A stretch of DNA of 54,160 bases from the sequence record SRR20825019_1297. One strand, given 5' to 3'. The notes under the pieces were generated by a model that had not been told where the DNA came from, searched no databases, and was given only the letters and a program-made list of their open reading frames with translations. This document shows, in pieces, positions 1 through 9,854 of the stretch. Every line of letters starts with the position of its first letter. Within the stretch, counting starts at the first letter, position 1. Position numbers and translations under genes: made by a program.

Positions 1-315
1 GGTATATGCAATGTGCATCCAAACCGAAGCCGATCCTGGACCACCGTTAAAAGAAATTACCAATGGTCTTTTGGCAATGTTGTCCACATCTGTTCTTTGG
101 TAATAGGTAAAAAACAGTCCGGCTATTATTCTTCCTTTATCGTCCCATACAGGCTGCTTACCTGTGGTTGCTTTGTATTTTACTTCTTTCCCTTTGATGT
201 TGACCTTTCCTTGAACAGTTACTGTTGAATCCATTGCGGTATTCAACTGCTGCGCGGATACCGTGGTACCGATCAAGAGAAGAAGATATATGATTTTGTT
301 AAGTCTTATTTTCAT
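1..315 (-). CDS. Serine carboxypeptidase, peptidase family S10 (5' part; runs off the window start)
   Basis: Not in the ORF track. Manual translation from ATG at 315 gives MKIRLNKIIYLLLLIGTTVSAQQ...RPLVISFNGGPGSASVWMHIAYT: signal peptide plus the S10 NGGPG motif. Confidence 0.85.
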   Translation of the reverse strand, partial: MKIRLNKIIYLLLLIGTTVSAQQLNTAMDSTVTVQGKVNIKGKEVKYKATTGKQPVWDDKGRIIAGLFFTYYQRTDVDNIAKRPLVISFNGGPGSASVWMHIAYT

Positions 316-412
316 GGTTTTTATGTTTTAATGTGACGAGGATGGTCCAAAAGGGTTAGTAGGGTATAATCATTTAAGCCTATGGCATTTCAAATTAGTG
401 GATCATAAATAA

Positions 413-476
413 AAAAGGGGCAGAATTTTGATTAATTGAGCAATCAAAATCAGATAGCGTGTATTCTGCCCCTTTT
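413..476 (-). terminator. Inverted repeat / probable terminator downstream of susD
   Basis: 14-bp perfect arms AAAAGGGGCAGAAT (413-426) and ATTCTGCCCCTTTT (463-476); T-run follows on the minus strand; the long loop can form an inner hairpin. Confidence 0.55.
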
Positions 477-567
477 CAGCTAATCAAACGGATAAAAAAT
501 CAATGAGAGCCTAGGCTGGGTTTCAGCCCAGGCAATCTTATGGTTAAGTTGGATATTTTAAAAGAAT

Positions 568-1986
568 TTAATCCACATCCCAGAACAAACTAGTAGTAAG
601 CAGATCTCCACCAATGGCCGCAGCTGCGCTTTCATAGTTGGCCCTGTTCAAGGTTTGTTCGGAAATAGGGTATGTCAATCTTACCGGAACGGTGGGAACA
701 AAGGATTGAGGCGGCGCCTCCAAAGTTGGATAATCCAATCTTCTGTACTCTGTCCATGCTTCCAATCCTTGGTTGAACAACGCTACCCATTTTTGCATAC
801 CTATTTTTTCTTCCCAAGTTCCGGGGGCTGTAGTATATGCTACTTCTGGATCTGCCAAATAAGCGGCTGCACTGTCGCCTATTCCGTAATAATCAAAATT
901 GGCTTGTATGGCCGCATTGTAGTGTGCCTCTGCATCGGTTACCCCGGCAATTCCTCTCTCGGCGGCTTCGGCCAACAAAAATTCAATTGTTGCATAATCC
1001 AAAAGGATTACCGGAGTGGTGGACTGATAGAATAGTGTCCCGAATCGGGAGAAATCAAAATACGCTACCACAAGTCCAGATTCCGAGCCACGATACACAC
1101 CCTCGGTACCATCAACTTCTTGAAAGAATACTGATCTTCGTGGATCTTCCAACTCGTTCATGTAATCTATAAAGACATCTGTTCCCACAAAGTCCCTACG
1201 GTTTCCTACGGCCAAATCCGTCCAAAGTTCAGCTGTATTTGGCTGAGACTCCAAATGCTCTATTTGCGCAATATCTGCATTTGAGGTAAAAATATTTGGC
1301 AAGGCCGTTGTTATGGCATCCGTAGCCAAAGTTGGATTGGATTCTATGATTCTCATTCCCATCTGGAACAACAATGAACTACCAAAACTACTCCAGCTAG
1401 CAACATCTCCATTGTAAAGAAGGTCTTGACCCCAAGAAGGCTGGGACGTATCCAAAGCATTGATAGCCGTGGTCAATCTTGATAACAAATCGGTGTAAAT
1501 TGCTTCTTGATCATCATATTCTGGCGAAATGTTATCCACATCCAGTGCTTGTGAATAAGGAATATTTCCAAAAGACTCCACAAGTTTGGACCATGTATAT
1601 ACCTGAACAATCTCTATGATCGCCAATTGGTTTTCGTTTGCAGGAGTCAAACTCTCTGCGCTCTGAATGACCTCAGCGCTTTGGCGAAGGTTGTTCAAGA
1701 TATCCATATAGACCTCGTTCCAAGTAAAATTGGAATAGTACGTGGTACCTTCGTTATAAGTAACGGAGGAAATTTGCTGCACCAACAATCTGGTTGTATT
1801 AAATGGGTTACCATTGGCCCCATAGGTGATACCACTCATGGTATCGGACAGATTTTTCACGGCATTGTTGAAAAAGGTCTCCGCCGGAGCCTCTGTTGCG
1901 TTCTTCACGTCCACGTTCATGTCTTCCAAATCACCGGAACATGAGAAAAACAGCGCCATTAAAATTATGATATAATAGTTTTTCAT
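568..1986 (-). CDS. susD: SusD/RagB family outer-membrane lipoprotein
   Basis: Lipobox (FFSC), FGNIPYSQA, QKWVALF..G.EAWTEYRRL and C-terminal LFWD motifs; directly after susC. Confidence 0.93.
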   Translation of the reverse strand: MKNYYIIILMALFFSCSGDLEDMNVDVKNATEAPAETFFNNAVKNLSDTMSGITYGANGNPFNTTRLLVQQISSVTYNEGTTYYSNFTWNEVYMDILNNLRQSAEVIQSAESLTPANENQLAIIEIVQVYTWSKLVESFGNIPYSQALDVDNISPEYDDQEAIYTDLLSRLTTAINALDTSQPSWGQDLLYNGDVASWSSFGSSLLFQMGMRIIESNPTLATDAITTALPNIFTSNADIAQIEHLESQPNTAELWTDLAVGNRRDFVGTDVFIDYMNELEDPRRSVFFQEVDGTEGVYRGSESGLVVAYFDFSRFGTLFYQSTTPVILLDYATIEFLLAEAAERGIAGVTDAEAHYNAAIQANFDYYGIGDSAAAYLADPEVAYTTAPGTWEEKIGMQKWVALFNQGLEAWTEYRRLDYPTLEAPPQSFVPTVPVRLTYPISEQTLNRANYESAAAAIGGDLLTTSLFWDVD

Positions 1987-2004
1987 TTTCTGATTTTTTT
2001 GGGT

Positions 2005-5000
2005 TTAGAATTGAACTTGTAGGTTAAAACCGATATTTCTTACCGTAGGCAAAACCCCGTTCTGTGAACCTTGCAAGTTACCGGAACTCAATCCAGCTTC
2101 TGGGTCAGCGTATGGCAGGTTTTTATGGATGATCCACAAGTTGGAACCTGTTAATCCCAATCTTAGCGACTGAATACCAATGGAATCCATAAAGGCCATT
2201 TTTGGGAAGTTATAGTTCAAGGCAACTTCTCTCAACTTCACATAAGATGCATCGTATACGAAATGCGCCTGTGGTGCCATAACACTACCTGTTGCATTTC
2301 TGTAGTTATCCATTGCGGTTCTAACGGTATTTGGAGATCCATCAGGAGCTACACCCTCCAATATGATACCCCCGCCATCGGCCAAGGAGTTTCTTATTGG
2401 ATTGCCCAAATCGTTAAGTCCTACAGACCAAGCGTACAGACCTGAACGGTTACCTGTTGAGATATCGTTCGAATACACATCTCCTCCACTTTGAATATCA
2501 ATCAAAAAGCTCAAATCAAAGTTCTTGTACCTAAACTGGTTAGTAATACCTGCCGTCCAATCAGGGGTAATGTTCCCAATTACGTTGTTGGATGTAGTAG
2601 TACGCTCGTAAGCCCCTGTTTCTTGGTTGATCAAACGTTTTCCATCCACGTAGATATAGTCGGTTCCTTGAATGGTTCCGTAGGGTTCCCCAACAGTTGC
2701 ATTGATGGAAACTCCACTTACAGTTCCCAATTGTAGGTTACTACCTCCTTCGAACAAGGAAACTACCTCACTCTGGTTCTTTGCCCAGTTTACATTGGCT
2801 TTCCATTGAAAATCCTCCGTTTTTACGATGTCTCCATTAATGGCCACCTCAATACCTTTGTTCTCAACTTCTCCAGCGTTCACAAATCTAGAAGAGTATC
2901 CTGTTGTGGTTGAAATGGCCACAGGGATAATCTGATCCTTGGAATTTGTTTGGTAAAGAGATAGATCAAAGCCTAATCTACTGTTCAAGAATCTCATTTC
3001 AAGACCAGCCTCGTAACTGATCGTTGTTTCGGGTAACAATTCTTCATTGTTCTTGGTATCGTTTGTACCGTACAAAGGAACCGCTCCAAATGGTGTCGGT
3101 TTGTTCAATACATCGATCAAACTGTTTGCAGGAGCGGAGCTACCTACCTCGGCATAGTTTAAACGAAGTTTACCAAAACTCAACCAGTTTTTGTCCACTA
3201 AATTGGAAAATACAAAACTGGAAGAAATGGATGGATAGAAATATGTACTGTTCTCTTCCGGCAATGTAGAGGAATGGTCAAACCTTCCTGTTAAATCCAC
3301 ATAAATCAAGTTATCATAACCGAAAGAGGCCAGACCGTAATATCCATCAACTCCAACTTTCTCCACATTCTCTATGGGTGCTGGTGGTAAGTTCAATGAA
3401 TTTGAAAGGGAGAACAAATCCGGAAGTACCAATCCACCGTTTGTTTCGGCGTAAATGGAACTTAGATCGGTTCTTCTGATATTGGCTCCCAAAACACCGC
3501 TGATGTTCAACTTATCGGTAACATATCTGTTAAAGTTGATCATCAGATCATAGTTCTCTTCACTATAGTTGATGTTTCTCCTGGAATATCTTCCCACAGC
3601 ACCGGCTGTACCTACATTATTCCTTTCTTCTTGAATAAAGGAATAGGTATCCAAGGAAACCCTACCTTCCACATTCAACCAGTCGGTGAATTTATATTTT
3701 GCGGATACGTTTCCAAAAATTCTACTACGGGAATCGTTCTGATAGTTTTCATACACTACCCAGTAAGGGTTATCGATTGTACCTCCCATAAATGGGTCAA
3801 CATTGGTTCCCGTGTTGAAATAAGCTTCTTTCAATTCGTCTATACCAACGTTCATAGCCCAGTACCTTCTCATGGATGAGATTACGTTCTGTGCATTGGC
3901 ACCAGTTTCACTACCTGTTCTGTTTCTACCCAAGGCATCGGTAAGTATATAGTTTGCACTTCCCGAAACGGAGAACTTATCGGTAATATTAAAAGATGTA
4001 TTGATGGAAATGTTGTCCCTGGTCATGTTACTGTTCGGCATCAATCCATCTTGATTGAAACGGGTATAGGCAATTCTATAGGTTGCCTTATCACTTCCAC
4101 CAGCAACCGCAACACTATTGGTCATAGTTACGGGGGTTTCAAAGAAATCGATCAATCTGCTTTCCGGAGCAACCCATGGACTTGGTTGGAGATAATATGG
4201 AGATCCTTCGTAAAAGGAATCCCATTGATATACCATTAGATTGGGATCAAACTGTGCACCATAAGAACCATATGCGGTAGCTGGTGTCACCAAATCCAAT
4301 TCCCCGTCGCCATTCACATCTTGGTCATTGAAAAAACTCATTCCATCGTTACCATAAACAGGACCATATCCTGTACCGTACTGATATTGGAAATCTGGCC
4401 ATGTGGATTTATCAATGAATCCCATGGTAACGTTTGAGTTGATGGTTACTGTTGGTTTTTGTTTTGCACCGGCTCCTGATTTAGTGGTAATGATCACCGC
4501 ACCGTTTGTGGCCCTTGAACCATAAAGTGCCGTTGCTGCCGCGCCTTTAAGTACGTTAATGGATTTGATATCGTTCGGGTTGATATCGGAAGCCATATTA
4601 CCGTAATCGAAACCACCGGTACCGCTTTGCTGATCGGCGGTGTTAAAGTTGGAGTTACTAACAGGAACACCATCCACAACGAATAATGCTTGGTTGTTAC
4701 CTGTTAAAGAGGTACTACCACGAATCACAACATTACTGGATCCGCCCATGTTGGTATTGTTCTTGATCTGAACCCCTGCAATTTTACCTGATAAGGCATT
4801 AACTACGTTATCCGTTGGAGTCCTGTTCACATCCTCTCCGTCCACTTCTTGCGTTGCATATCCCAAAGATTTTTTCTCTCTGGAAATACCAAGGGCGGTT
4901 ACAACAACCTCATCCAACTGTGCAGAATCTTCTTGGAGTTCAATAGTGATGGGACCGCTACCTGTAACTTCGGTCTCCGAAGTCTTAAAACCGATGTAGG

Positions 5001-5568
5001 ACACCACTAAAATGTCCCCAGGCTCGGCCTGTATGGTAAAATTTCCATCAAAATCCGTTTGGGCACCGTTGGACGTTCCTTTAACCATAACGTTCGCACC
5101 CAATAAGGGTACCCCGCTAAAATCCACGACCGTACCTGTTACAGTACTCTGTAGTATTGGCTTAACGGGTTCCGCCGAAGAAAATCCATCCGATGACTTT
5201 TTACTGGCAGATTTCATCAGTATGATTTGTCTACCACGGATTTGATAAACCACTTTAGTATCCCTGAACAAAAGTGTCAGGATATCCTCCACTTTTTGGT
5301 CTTTCGTTTTTAAACTTACTTTCTTTTTTAAAGGGATTTGACTGTACTCATACATAAAACGATACTCGGAACGAGACTCGATCTCGCCCAATGCACCCTC
5401 TATGGTAACTTCTTCTAAATCAAGCGAAAGCTTTTCTCCCTGCGAATCGGAATTAGCCGCCTGAATTTGGATTATCGAAGCAATTATTAGAAAAATGGTC
5501 AATTTGGTTGATAAACCATTCTTCAAGAATCTCTTTAAAAAAAGAATTCTAGATGGTTTTTTTTTCAT
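2005..5568 (-). CDS. susC: SusC/RagA TonB-dependent transporter with N-terminal signalling (STN-like) extension
   Basis: Carboxypeptidase-like domain, LDEVVVTALG TonB-box region, plug motif VLKGAAATALYGSRA.NG.IIITTK, terminal Phe; extra ~140-aa N-terminal domain typical of FecR-coupled transducers. Confidence 0.95.
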   Translation of the reverse strand: MKKKPSRILFLKRFLKNGLSTKLTIFLIIASIIQIQAANSDSQGEKLSLDLEEVTIEGALGEIESRSEYRFMYEYSQIPLKKKVSLKTKDQKVEDILTLLFRDTKVVYQIRGRQIILMKSASKKSSDGFSSAEPVKPILQSTVTGTVVDFSGVPLLGANVMVKGTSNGAQTDFDGNFTIQAEPGDILVVSYIGFKTSETEVTGSGPITIELQEDSAQLDEVVVTALGISREKKSLGYATQEVDGEDVNRTPTDNVVNALSGKIAGVQIKNNTNMGGSSNVVIRGSTSLTGNNQALFVVDGVPVSNSNFNTADQQSGTGGFDYGNMASDINPNDIKSINVLKGAAATALYGSRATNGAVIITTKSGAGAKQKPTVTINSNVTMGFIDKSTWPDFQYQYGTGYGPVYGNDGMSFFNDQDVNGDGELDLVTPATAYGSYGAQFDPNLMVYQWDSFYEGSPYYLQPSPWVAPESRLIDFFETPVTMTNSVAVAGGSDKATYRIAYTRFNQDGLMPNSNMTRDNISINTSFNITDKFSVSGSANYILTDALGRNRTGSETGANAQNVISSMRRYWAMNVGIDELKEAYFNTGTNVDPFMGGTIDNPYWVVYENYQNDSRSRIFGNVSAKYKFTDWLNVEGRVSLDTYSFIQEERNNVGTAGAVGRYSRRNINYSEENYDLMINFNRYVTDKLNISGVLGANIRRTDLSSIYAETNGGLVLPDLFSLSNSLNLPPAPIENVEKVGVDGYYGLASFGYDNLIYVDLTGRFDHSSTLPEENSTYFYPSISSSFVFSNLVDKNWLSFGKLRLNYAEVGSSAPANSLIDVLNKPTPFGAVPLYGTNDTKNNEELLPETTISYEAGLEMRFLNSRLGFDLSLYQTNSKDQIIPVAISTTTGYSSRFVNAGEVENKGIEVAINGDIVKTEDFQWKANVNWAKNQSEVVSLFEGGSNLQLGTVSGVSINATVGEPYGTIQGTDYIYVDGKRLINQETGAYERTTTSNNVIGNITPDWTAGITNQFRYKNFDLSFLIDIQSGGDVYSNDISTGNRSGLYAWSVGLNDLGNPIRNSLADGGGIILEGVAPDGSPNTVRTAMDNYRNATGSVMAPQAHFVYDASYVKLREVALNYNFPKMAFMDSIGIQSLRLGLTGSNLWIIHKNLPYADPEAGLSSGNLQGSQNGVLPTVRNIGFNLQVQF

Positions 5569-5652
5569 AATTTTGAGTTGATTTAATTAGTTTGAATCGA
5601 TATTTATTACACACAGTTCAAGAGAGGGAATGGGCCAACATTCCCTTTTTTT
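5568..5652 (+). ncRNA. Putative cis-antisense sRNA over the susC 5' leader (span includes its -7 promoter box)
   Basis: TAATTTTG at 5568-5575 on + overlaps the susC start codon; hairpin AGGGAATG/CATTCCCT (5625-5646) is followed by a T-run to 5652 on +. Confidence 0.45.
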
Positions 5653-5731
5653 GTGTGCTTTTTTAATAAAAAAGTCATTTCATTGGCATATATATTTTAG
5701 TATTAATAGTTTATTGTTTGGTTGTTATCTG

Positions 5732-6892
5732 TTACTTTATTTTAACATCCTTCTTTTTACCTTTCTTACCATCAACAAACTCATACTCAAAAGGTGTTAT
5801 AATCCTTAAGGCCTCAAGAACATCCTCTATTTTTTCTACATTTCTATTGAACCTCGCACTAAAAGTCTGTCCAACAATACTGTCGTTGGTGTTTTCTATT
5901 TTCACATTGTAGGTTCTTTCCAAACTTGCCAGTAATTCGGTAAATGGCGCATTTCTAAACACAACCTCTCCATTCACCCAACCGGTATGTAAAGAAACAT
6001 CCACTTCTTCTACCTCAATTATTCCCTTGTCCCTGTTCCATGCACCTTTTTCTCCAGGTTTCAACAAAATCCTGTCAGAACTGTTTTCCGAACGTGAAAG
6101 ACTCACCGAACCTTCTACCAATACTGTGGCCACTTCACTCTGATCGTCATAGGAAGACAGATTGAACTGTGTTCCCAATACTTCTATCCCAACTTCCTTG
6201 GAATTGACCACAAACGGACGCTTTTCATCCTTGGTCACATCAAAATATGCCTCACCATAAACCAACACTTCCCTCCTACCTTTTTCAGGAAACTTTACAG
6301 GAAATTTGATTCTTGTTCCGGAGTTTAAATAAATCTTGGTGCCATCTGACAATACAAGCGTGAACATTTTCCCATTGGGTATACTGAGCTCATTGTAAAC
6401 AAAGTCCTTGATTTCTTCATTAGAACCATAAATTAGTGTATCCCCATTATGTATGGCCACTGTTTCACCTGATGGAAGTGTAACGGCATGGCTACCATGT
6501 GACTCTATCAAGGTTCTATCCGAACCCGTGTCCAATGTTACATGCTCACCATCCATACCTGATAATAAGGCATCATTATTATTATCGCTTAGCCACACAT
6601 AACTTATTCCCAAAGAAACCACACCAACAAAAATCGCTGCATATTTGAGTATTCGTTTTGGATAAAGTTTTTTAACCTTGTTTTTGGTTATTCTTGCCTC
6701 TAAGGATCTCCAATCCTTATCCACATCCAAACCTTCCAAAAGTTCCAAAGATTCGTCCACCAAATCCTCTTCAATAATACGCTCAATCAATTCTTGAGAG
6801 AAATCCTCAAACTCCTTGTCAGATTTATCTTTCCAACTGGTCGACTCCTTCAACTTTTTTAAAAGTGTACGCAATGTTTCTTTCTTATGCAT
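5732..6892 (-). CDS. fecR: FecR family anti-sigma factor
   Basis: Single TM segment (YAAIFVGVVSLGISYVWL), LSDGTKIYLNSGT, GEAYFDV, VLGTQFN motifs. Start placed at ATG 6892 (MHKKE) rather than 6982. Confidence 0.9.
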   Translation of the reverse strand: MHKKETLRTLLKKLKESTSWKDKSDKEFEDFSQELIERIIEEDLVDESLELLEGLDVDKDWRSLEARITKNKVKKLYPKRILKYAAIFVGVVSLGISYVWLSDNNNDALLSGMDGEHVTLDTGSDRTLIESHGSHAVTLPSGETVAIHNGDTLIYGSNEEIKDFVYNELSIPNGKMFTLVLSDGTKIYLNSGTRIKFPVKFPEKGRREVLVYGEAYFDVTKDEKRPFVVNSKEVGIEVLGTQFNLSSYDDQSEVATVLVEGSVSLSRSENSSDRILLKPGEKGAWNRDKGIIEVEEVDVSLHTGWVNGEVVFRNAPFTELLASLERTYNVKIENTNDSIVGQTFSARFNRNVEKIEDVLEALRIITPFEYEFVDGKKGKKKDVKIK

Positions 6893-6933
6893 TCGATCAT
6901 TGTTCTCATGTATTAGATAGTATTTTATTGAAA

Positions 6934-6943
6934 TAGGGTGACA
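6934..6943 (-). promoter_or_regulatory. Putative ECF sigma -35 element TGTCACCCTA upstream of fecR
   Basis: Identical 10-mer occurs upstream of the amidohydrolase (7719-7728). Confidence 0.5.
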
Positions 6944-7062
6944 ATCATCAAATATTTTTTTAAAAATCAATAATTTTTTCAACCATTTTGGGTAATGATC
7001 AACTTTAACTTTATATTTCGGTAACTTTAAATTTATATGAATATCCCCCGAAACCTCAATTT

Positions 7063-7602
7063 ATGAGATTTAAGGTTGAAGAGCTTTTTAAAAATAACTA
7101 TCCACTTTTGTGCTTGGTTTCCTTTTCCATAGTAAAGGATAAGGATATTGCAAAAGACATTGTGCAGGACTTTTTTGTTTCGTTTTGGAACAAAAGGGAG
7201 TCAATCACGATAAATATATCTTTTGAAGCCTATGCAAAAAAATCCGTCAAAAATTTAAGCTTTCAATATTTAGAAAAGAAAAAAAGGGAGCAAAAGCTAT
7301 TGGATACTTTTGAAACGGACCCTAGTGCCCCGGAACCTAGATCGGATCGACAAAACAATAAGTTGAATGATTTAATAAATAAATTGCCCACAAAAAGGAA
7401 AGAAATTTTCGTGTCTGTCGTAGTGGATGGAAAAAGCTATACTGAAATTGCCGAAGCCAACGGTATTTCAGTAAACACGGTAAAAACTCAAATGAAAAGG
7501 GCCTATGCGTTTTTAAGGTCCAACAAAAAAGAAGATTTTATTTCCTCAATTCTTCTGATCTTGTTCTCCCAATTAGTAGAACAACTGCCTTCAATTTGCT
7601 GA
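7063..7602 (+). CDS. ECF RNA polymerase sigma-70 factor
   Basis: AKDIVQDFFVSFW (region 2) and SYTEIAEANGISVNTVKTQMKRA (region 4); divergent from fecR. Confidence 0.93.
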   Translation: MRFKVEELFKNNYPLLCLVSFSIVKDKDIAKDIVQDFFVSFWNKRESITINISFEAYAKKSVKNLSFQYLEKKKREQKLLDTFETDPSAPEPRSDRQNNKLNDLINKLPTKRKEIFVSVVVDGKSYTEIAEANGISVNTVKTQMKRAYAFLRSNKKEDFISSILLILFSQLVEQLPSIC

Positions 7603-7718
7603 TCACGATTTTTCTACACCATGAGGGTTCTATGATTTTTTGAGCCATTTATCAGGCAGGCTGTCTTAATCCCAATAACACTTCCATTATTTATCAAAAA
7701 CGACAAAAAACAACCTTC

Positions 7719-7728
7719 TGTCACCCTA
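7719..7728 (+). promoter_or_regulatory. Putative ECF sigma -35 element TGTCACCCTA upstream of the amidohydrolase
   Basis: Identical to the 10-mer upstream of fecR, oriented toward the downstream gene in both cases. Confidence 0.5.
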
Positions 7729-7840
7729 AATCTATATTTTTTTAACATAGTATTGAACAGTGTTATTAAATACGGATTGTTTATGCCCATTTTTCACAAT
7801 CATGGGTTTGACCAACCACCAACCATTTAAACCTTAAATC

Positions 7841-9421
7841 ATGAAAAAATTATTTTTTGCAACACTTCTTTTGCTCCCTTTGCTGATGTGTGCCCAGACC
7901 ATTGGAGCACCTGACAGAAAACCGGGTGAAGGAGAAGGCCCCTTTGACCGGCTCATTATTAGAGGTGCCATTTTAATTGATGGTACCGGTGGTCCCGCTT
8001 CGGGACCGGTGGACATTATTGTTGAAGACAATAAAATTGTTGATATCGCAAGAGTCGGGGTCCCAAAAGTGGCCATTAATGAATCCAAGCGCCCGAAACT
8101 GGGAAATGGCAAGACCAAGGAAATCGATGCCACCGGTAAATACGTAATGCCTGGCCTAATAGATTTGCACGTACACACCGGGGGGACACCAAAAGCTCCA
8201 GAAGCCGAATACGTTTATAAATTATGGATGGCCCATGGAATCACAACGGTTAGAGGTGTTCCGTTTGGAGACTTGGAGTGGTCGCTCAATGAAAAAGAAA
8301 GAAGTGCCAAGAACGAAATTGTAGCGCCCAGAATGATATCGTTCCATAGAATCGGAACCGGAAAAGAATGGAAAAATCGAAAAATCCTAACACCTGAAGA
8401 TGCCAGGGAATGGGTGCGCTACGCCAACAAAAAAGGTGTGGACGGGTTAAAATTGAGCTCCCATAGGCCAGCCATTATGGAAGCCGTACTGGACGAGGCA
8501 AATTCCCTGGGAATGGGAAGCACCGCTCACCTTGCACAAAGTGGCGTGGCACAAATGAACGCCATCGACGCAGCCAGATTGGGACTTACCAGTATGACCC
8601 ACTTCTATGGACTATTCGAATCCATGTACGAGAACAACGATGTACAACCTTGGCCGGTGGACATCAACTATGGAGATGAGCAGCACCGTTTTGGCCAAGT
8701 GGCCCGTCAGTGGGACATGGTTAAACCAGGTGGTGAAAAATGGAACGCGCTTCTTGATGAATTGTTGAAACTTGATTTCTACATTAACCCTACCATGACC
8801 ATCTATTCTGCAGGTAGAGATGTAATGAGAGCCCGTAACGCGGACTGGCACGAGAAATATACATTGCCCTCTTTGATGGATTTCTTTTCCCCTAGTCGTA
8901 CCAGCCACGGTGCATATTGGTTCGACTGGACCACTGAAGACGAAGTGGCGTGGAAAAAATACTATCAAGTTTGGATGCAGTTCCTTAATGAATACAAGAA
9001 CATGGGCGGGAAAATCACGCTAGGTTCAGATTCAGGTTTTATTTACCAGACCTATGGTTTTGGAACCATATTGGAACTTGAAATGTTCCAAGAAGCCGGA
9101 TTCCACCCACTGGAAGTAATCCGTGCAGCAACCATGCACAGTGCCCAAGAAATCTTCAAACCTTTGAAAAAACCGATCGAATATGGTGTGATTCGTGAAG
9201 GTTTATTGGCCGATATGATCATTGTGGACGAGAACCCGCTTCAAAACCTAAAAGTACTTTACGGAACCGGTGCTGTTCGTTTGAACGATGACACCGCAAA
9301 AGTGGAAAGAGTTGGCGGAATAGAATACACCATCAAAGATGGTATTGTCTACGACGCTAAAAAATTGTTGAGCGATGTGGAAGCCATGGTGAACAAGCAA
9401 AAACAAGAAAGAGGTGAGTAA
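7841..9421 (+). CDS. Secreted amidohydrolase family protein
   Basis: Signal peptide; MPGLIDLHVH (HxH), LGSDSG and G.LADMIIVD.NPL motifs. Confidence 0.88.
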   Translation: MKKLFFATLLLLPLLMCAQTIGAPDRKPGEGEGPFDRLIIRGAILIDGTGGPASGPVDIIVEDNKIVDIARVGVPKVAINESKRPKLGNGKTKEIDATGKYVMPGLIDLHVHTGGTPKAPEAEYVYKLWMAHGITTVRGVPFGDLEWSLNEKERSAKNEIVAPRMISFHRIGTGKEWKNRKILTPEDAREWVRYANKKGVDGLKLSSHRPAIMEAVLDEANSLGMGSTAHLAQSGVAQMNAIDAARLGLTSMTHFYGLFESMYENNDVQPWPVDINYGDEQHRFGQVARQWDMVKPGGEKWNALLDELLKLDFYINPTMTIYSAGRDVMRARNADWHEKYTLPSLMDFFSPSRTSHGAYWFDWTTEDEVAWKKYYQVWMQFLNEYKNMGGKITLGSDSGFIYQTYGFGTILELEMFQEAGFHPLEVIRAATMHSAQEIFKPLKKPIEYGVIREGLLADMIIVDENPLQNLKVLYGTGAVRLNDDTAKVERVGGIEYTIKDGIVYDAKKLLSDVEAMVNKQKQERGE

Positions 9422-9503
9422 TACCAAAAAGTTTTAATCCTTAAACATACTATTTCTAAGCGATTGTGAAGGAAGTTTGAGCCTTTCATAAAGCTGTAAA
9501 GAG

Positions 9504-9529
9504 GGCCCTATTTTAGGGCCTTTTTTTTT
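9504..9529 (+). terminator. Intrinsic terminator of the amidohydrolase gene
   Basis: GGCCCTA-ttt-TAGGGCC followed by T9. Confidence 0.8.
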
Positions 9530-9854
9530 GCTAAAAAATTCAGAAAAGCTAAAGATAACTTACAATGAGTGGTTTACGGGGTAGGCTATCGTTGTCGGTA
9601 ACGATTTAGTAATGGTGCTTACTGCATTCATCTTCACTCAATTTCCTTGTAAATCAAGGTCAAAGATAATGAATTTTCTTGTTGAAAATCATTTTTTTTA
9701 TACCTTGTTCACCCATCTTTTTTTTGTGATTTTGGAAGTCGGTTCGTCGTGCTCCTATAAAAAAATCTTTCCTGACTTCGGATCATATCATGAAAGAAAT
9801 TTATTGTTAAGGATAATATTTGCATGTAGATAGTTACATGCAGAATTAAAATCT

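Noticed and set aside
13-228. 71-aa + strand ORF
   Set aside because: Antisense to the S10 peptidase reading frame.
6893-6982. Longer FecR N-terminus from the ORF track
   Set aside because: Starts at a non-ATG codon and covers the putative promoter motif; ATG 6892 is more plausible.
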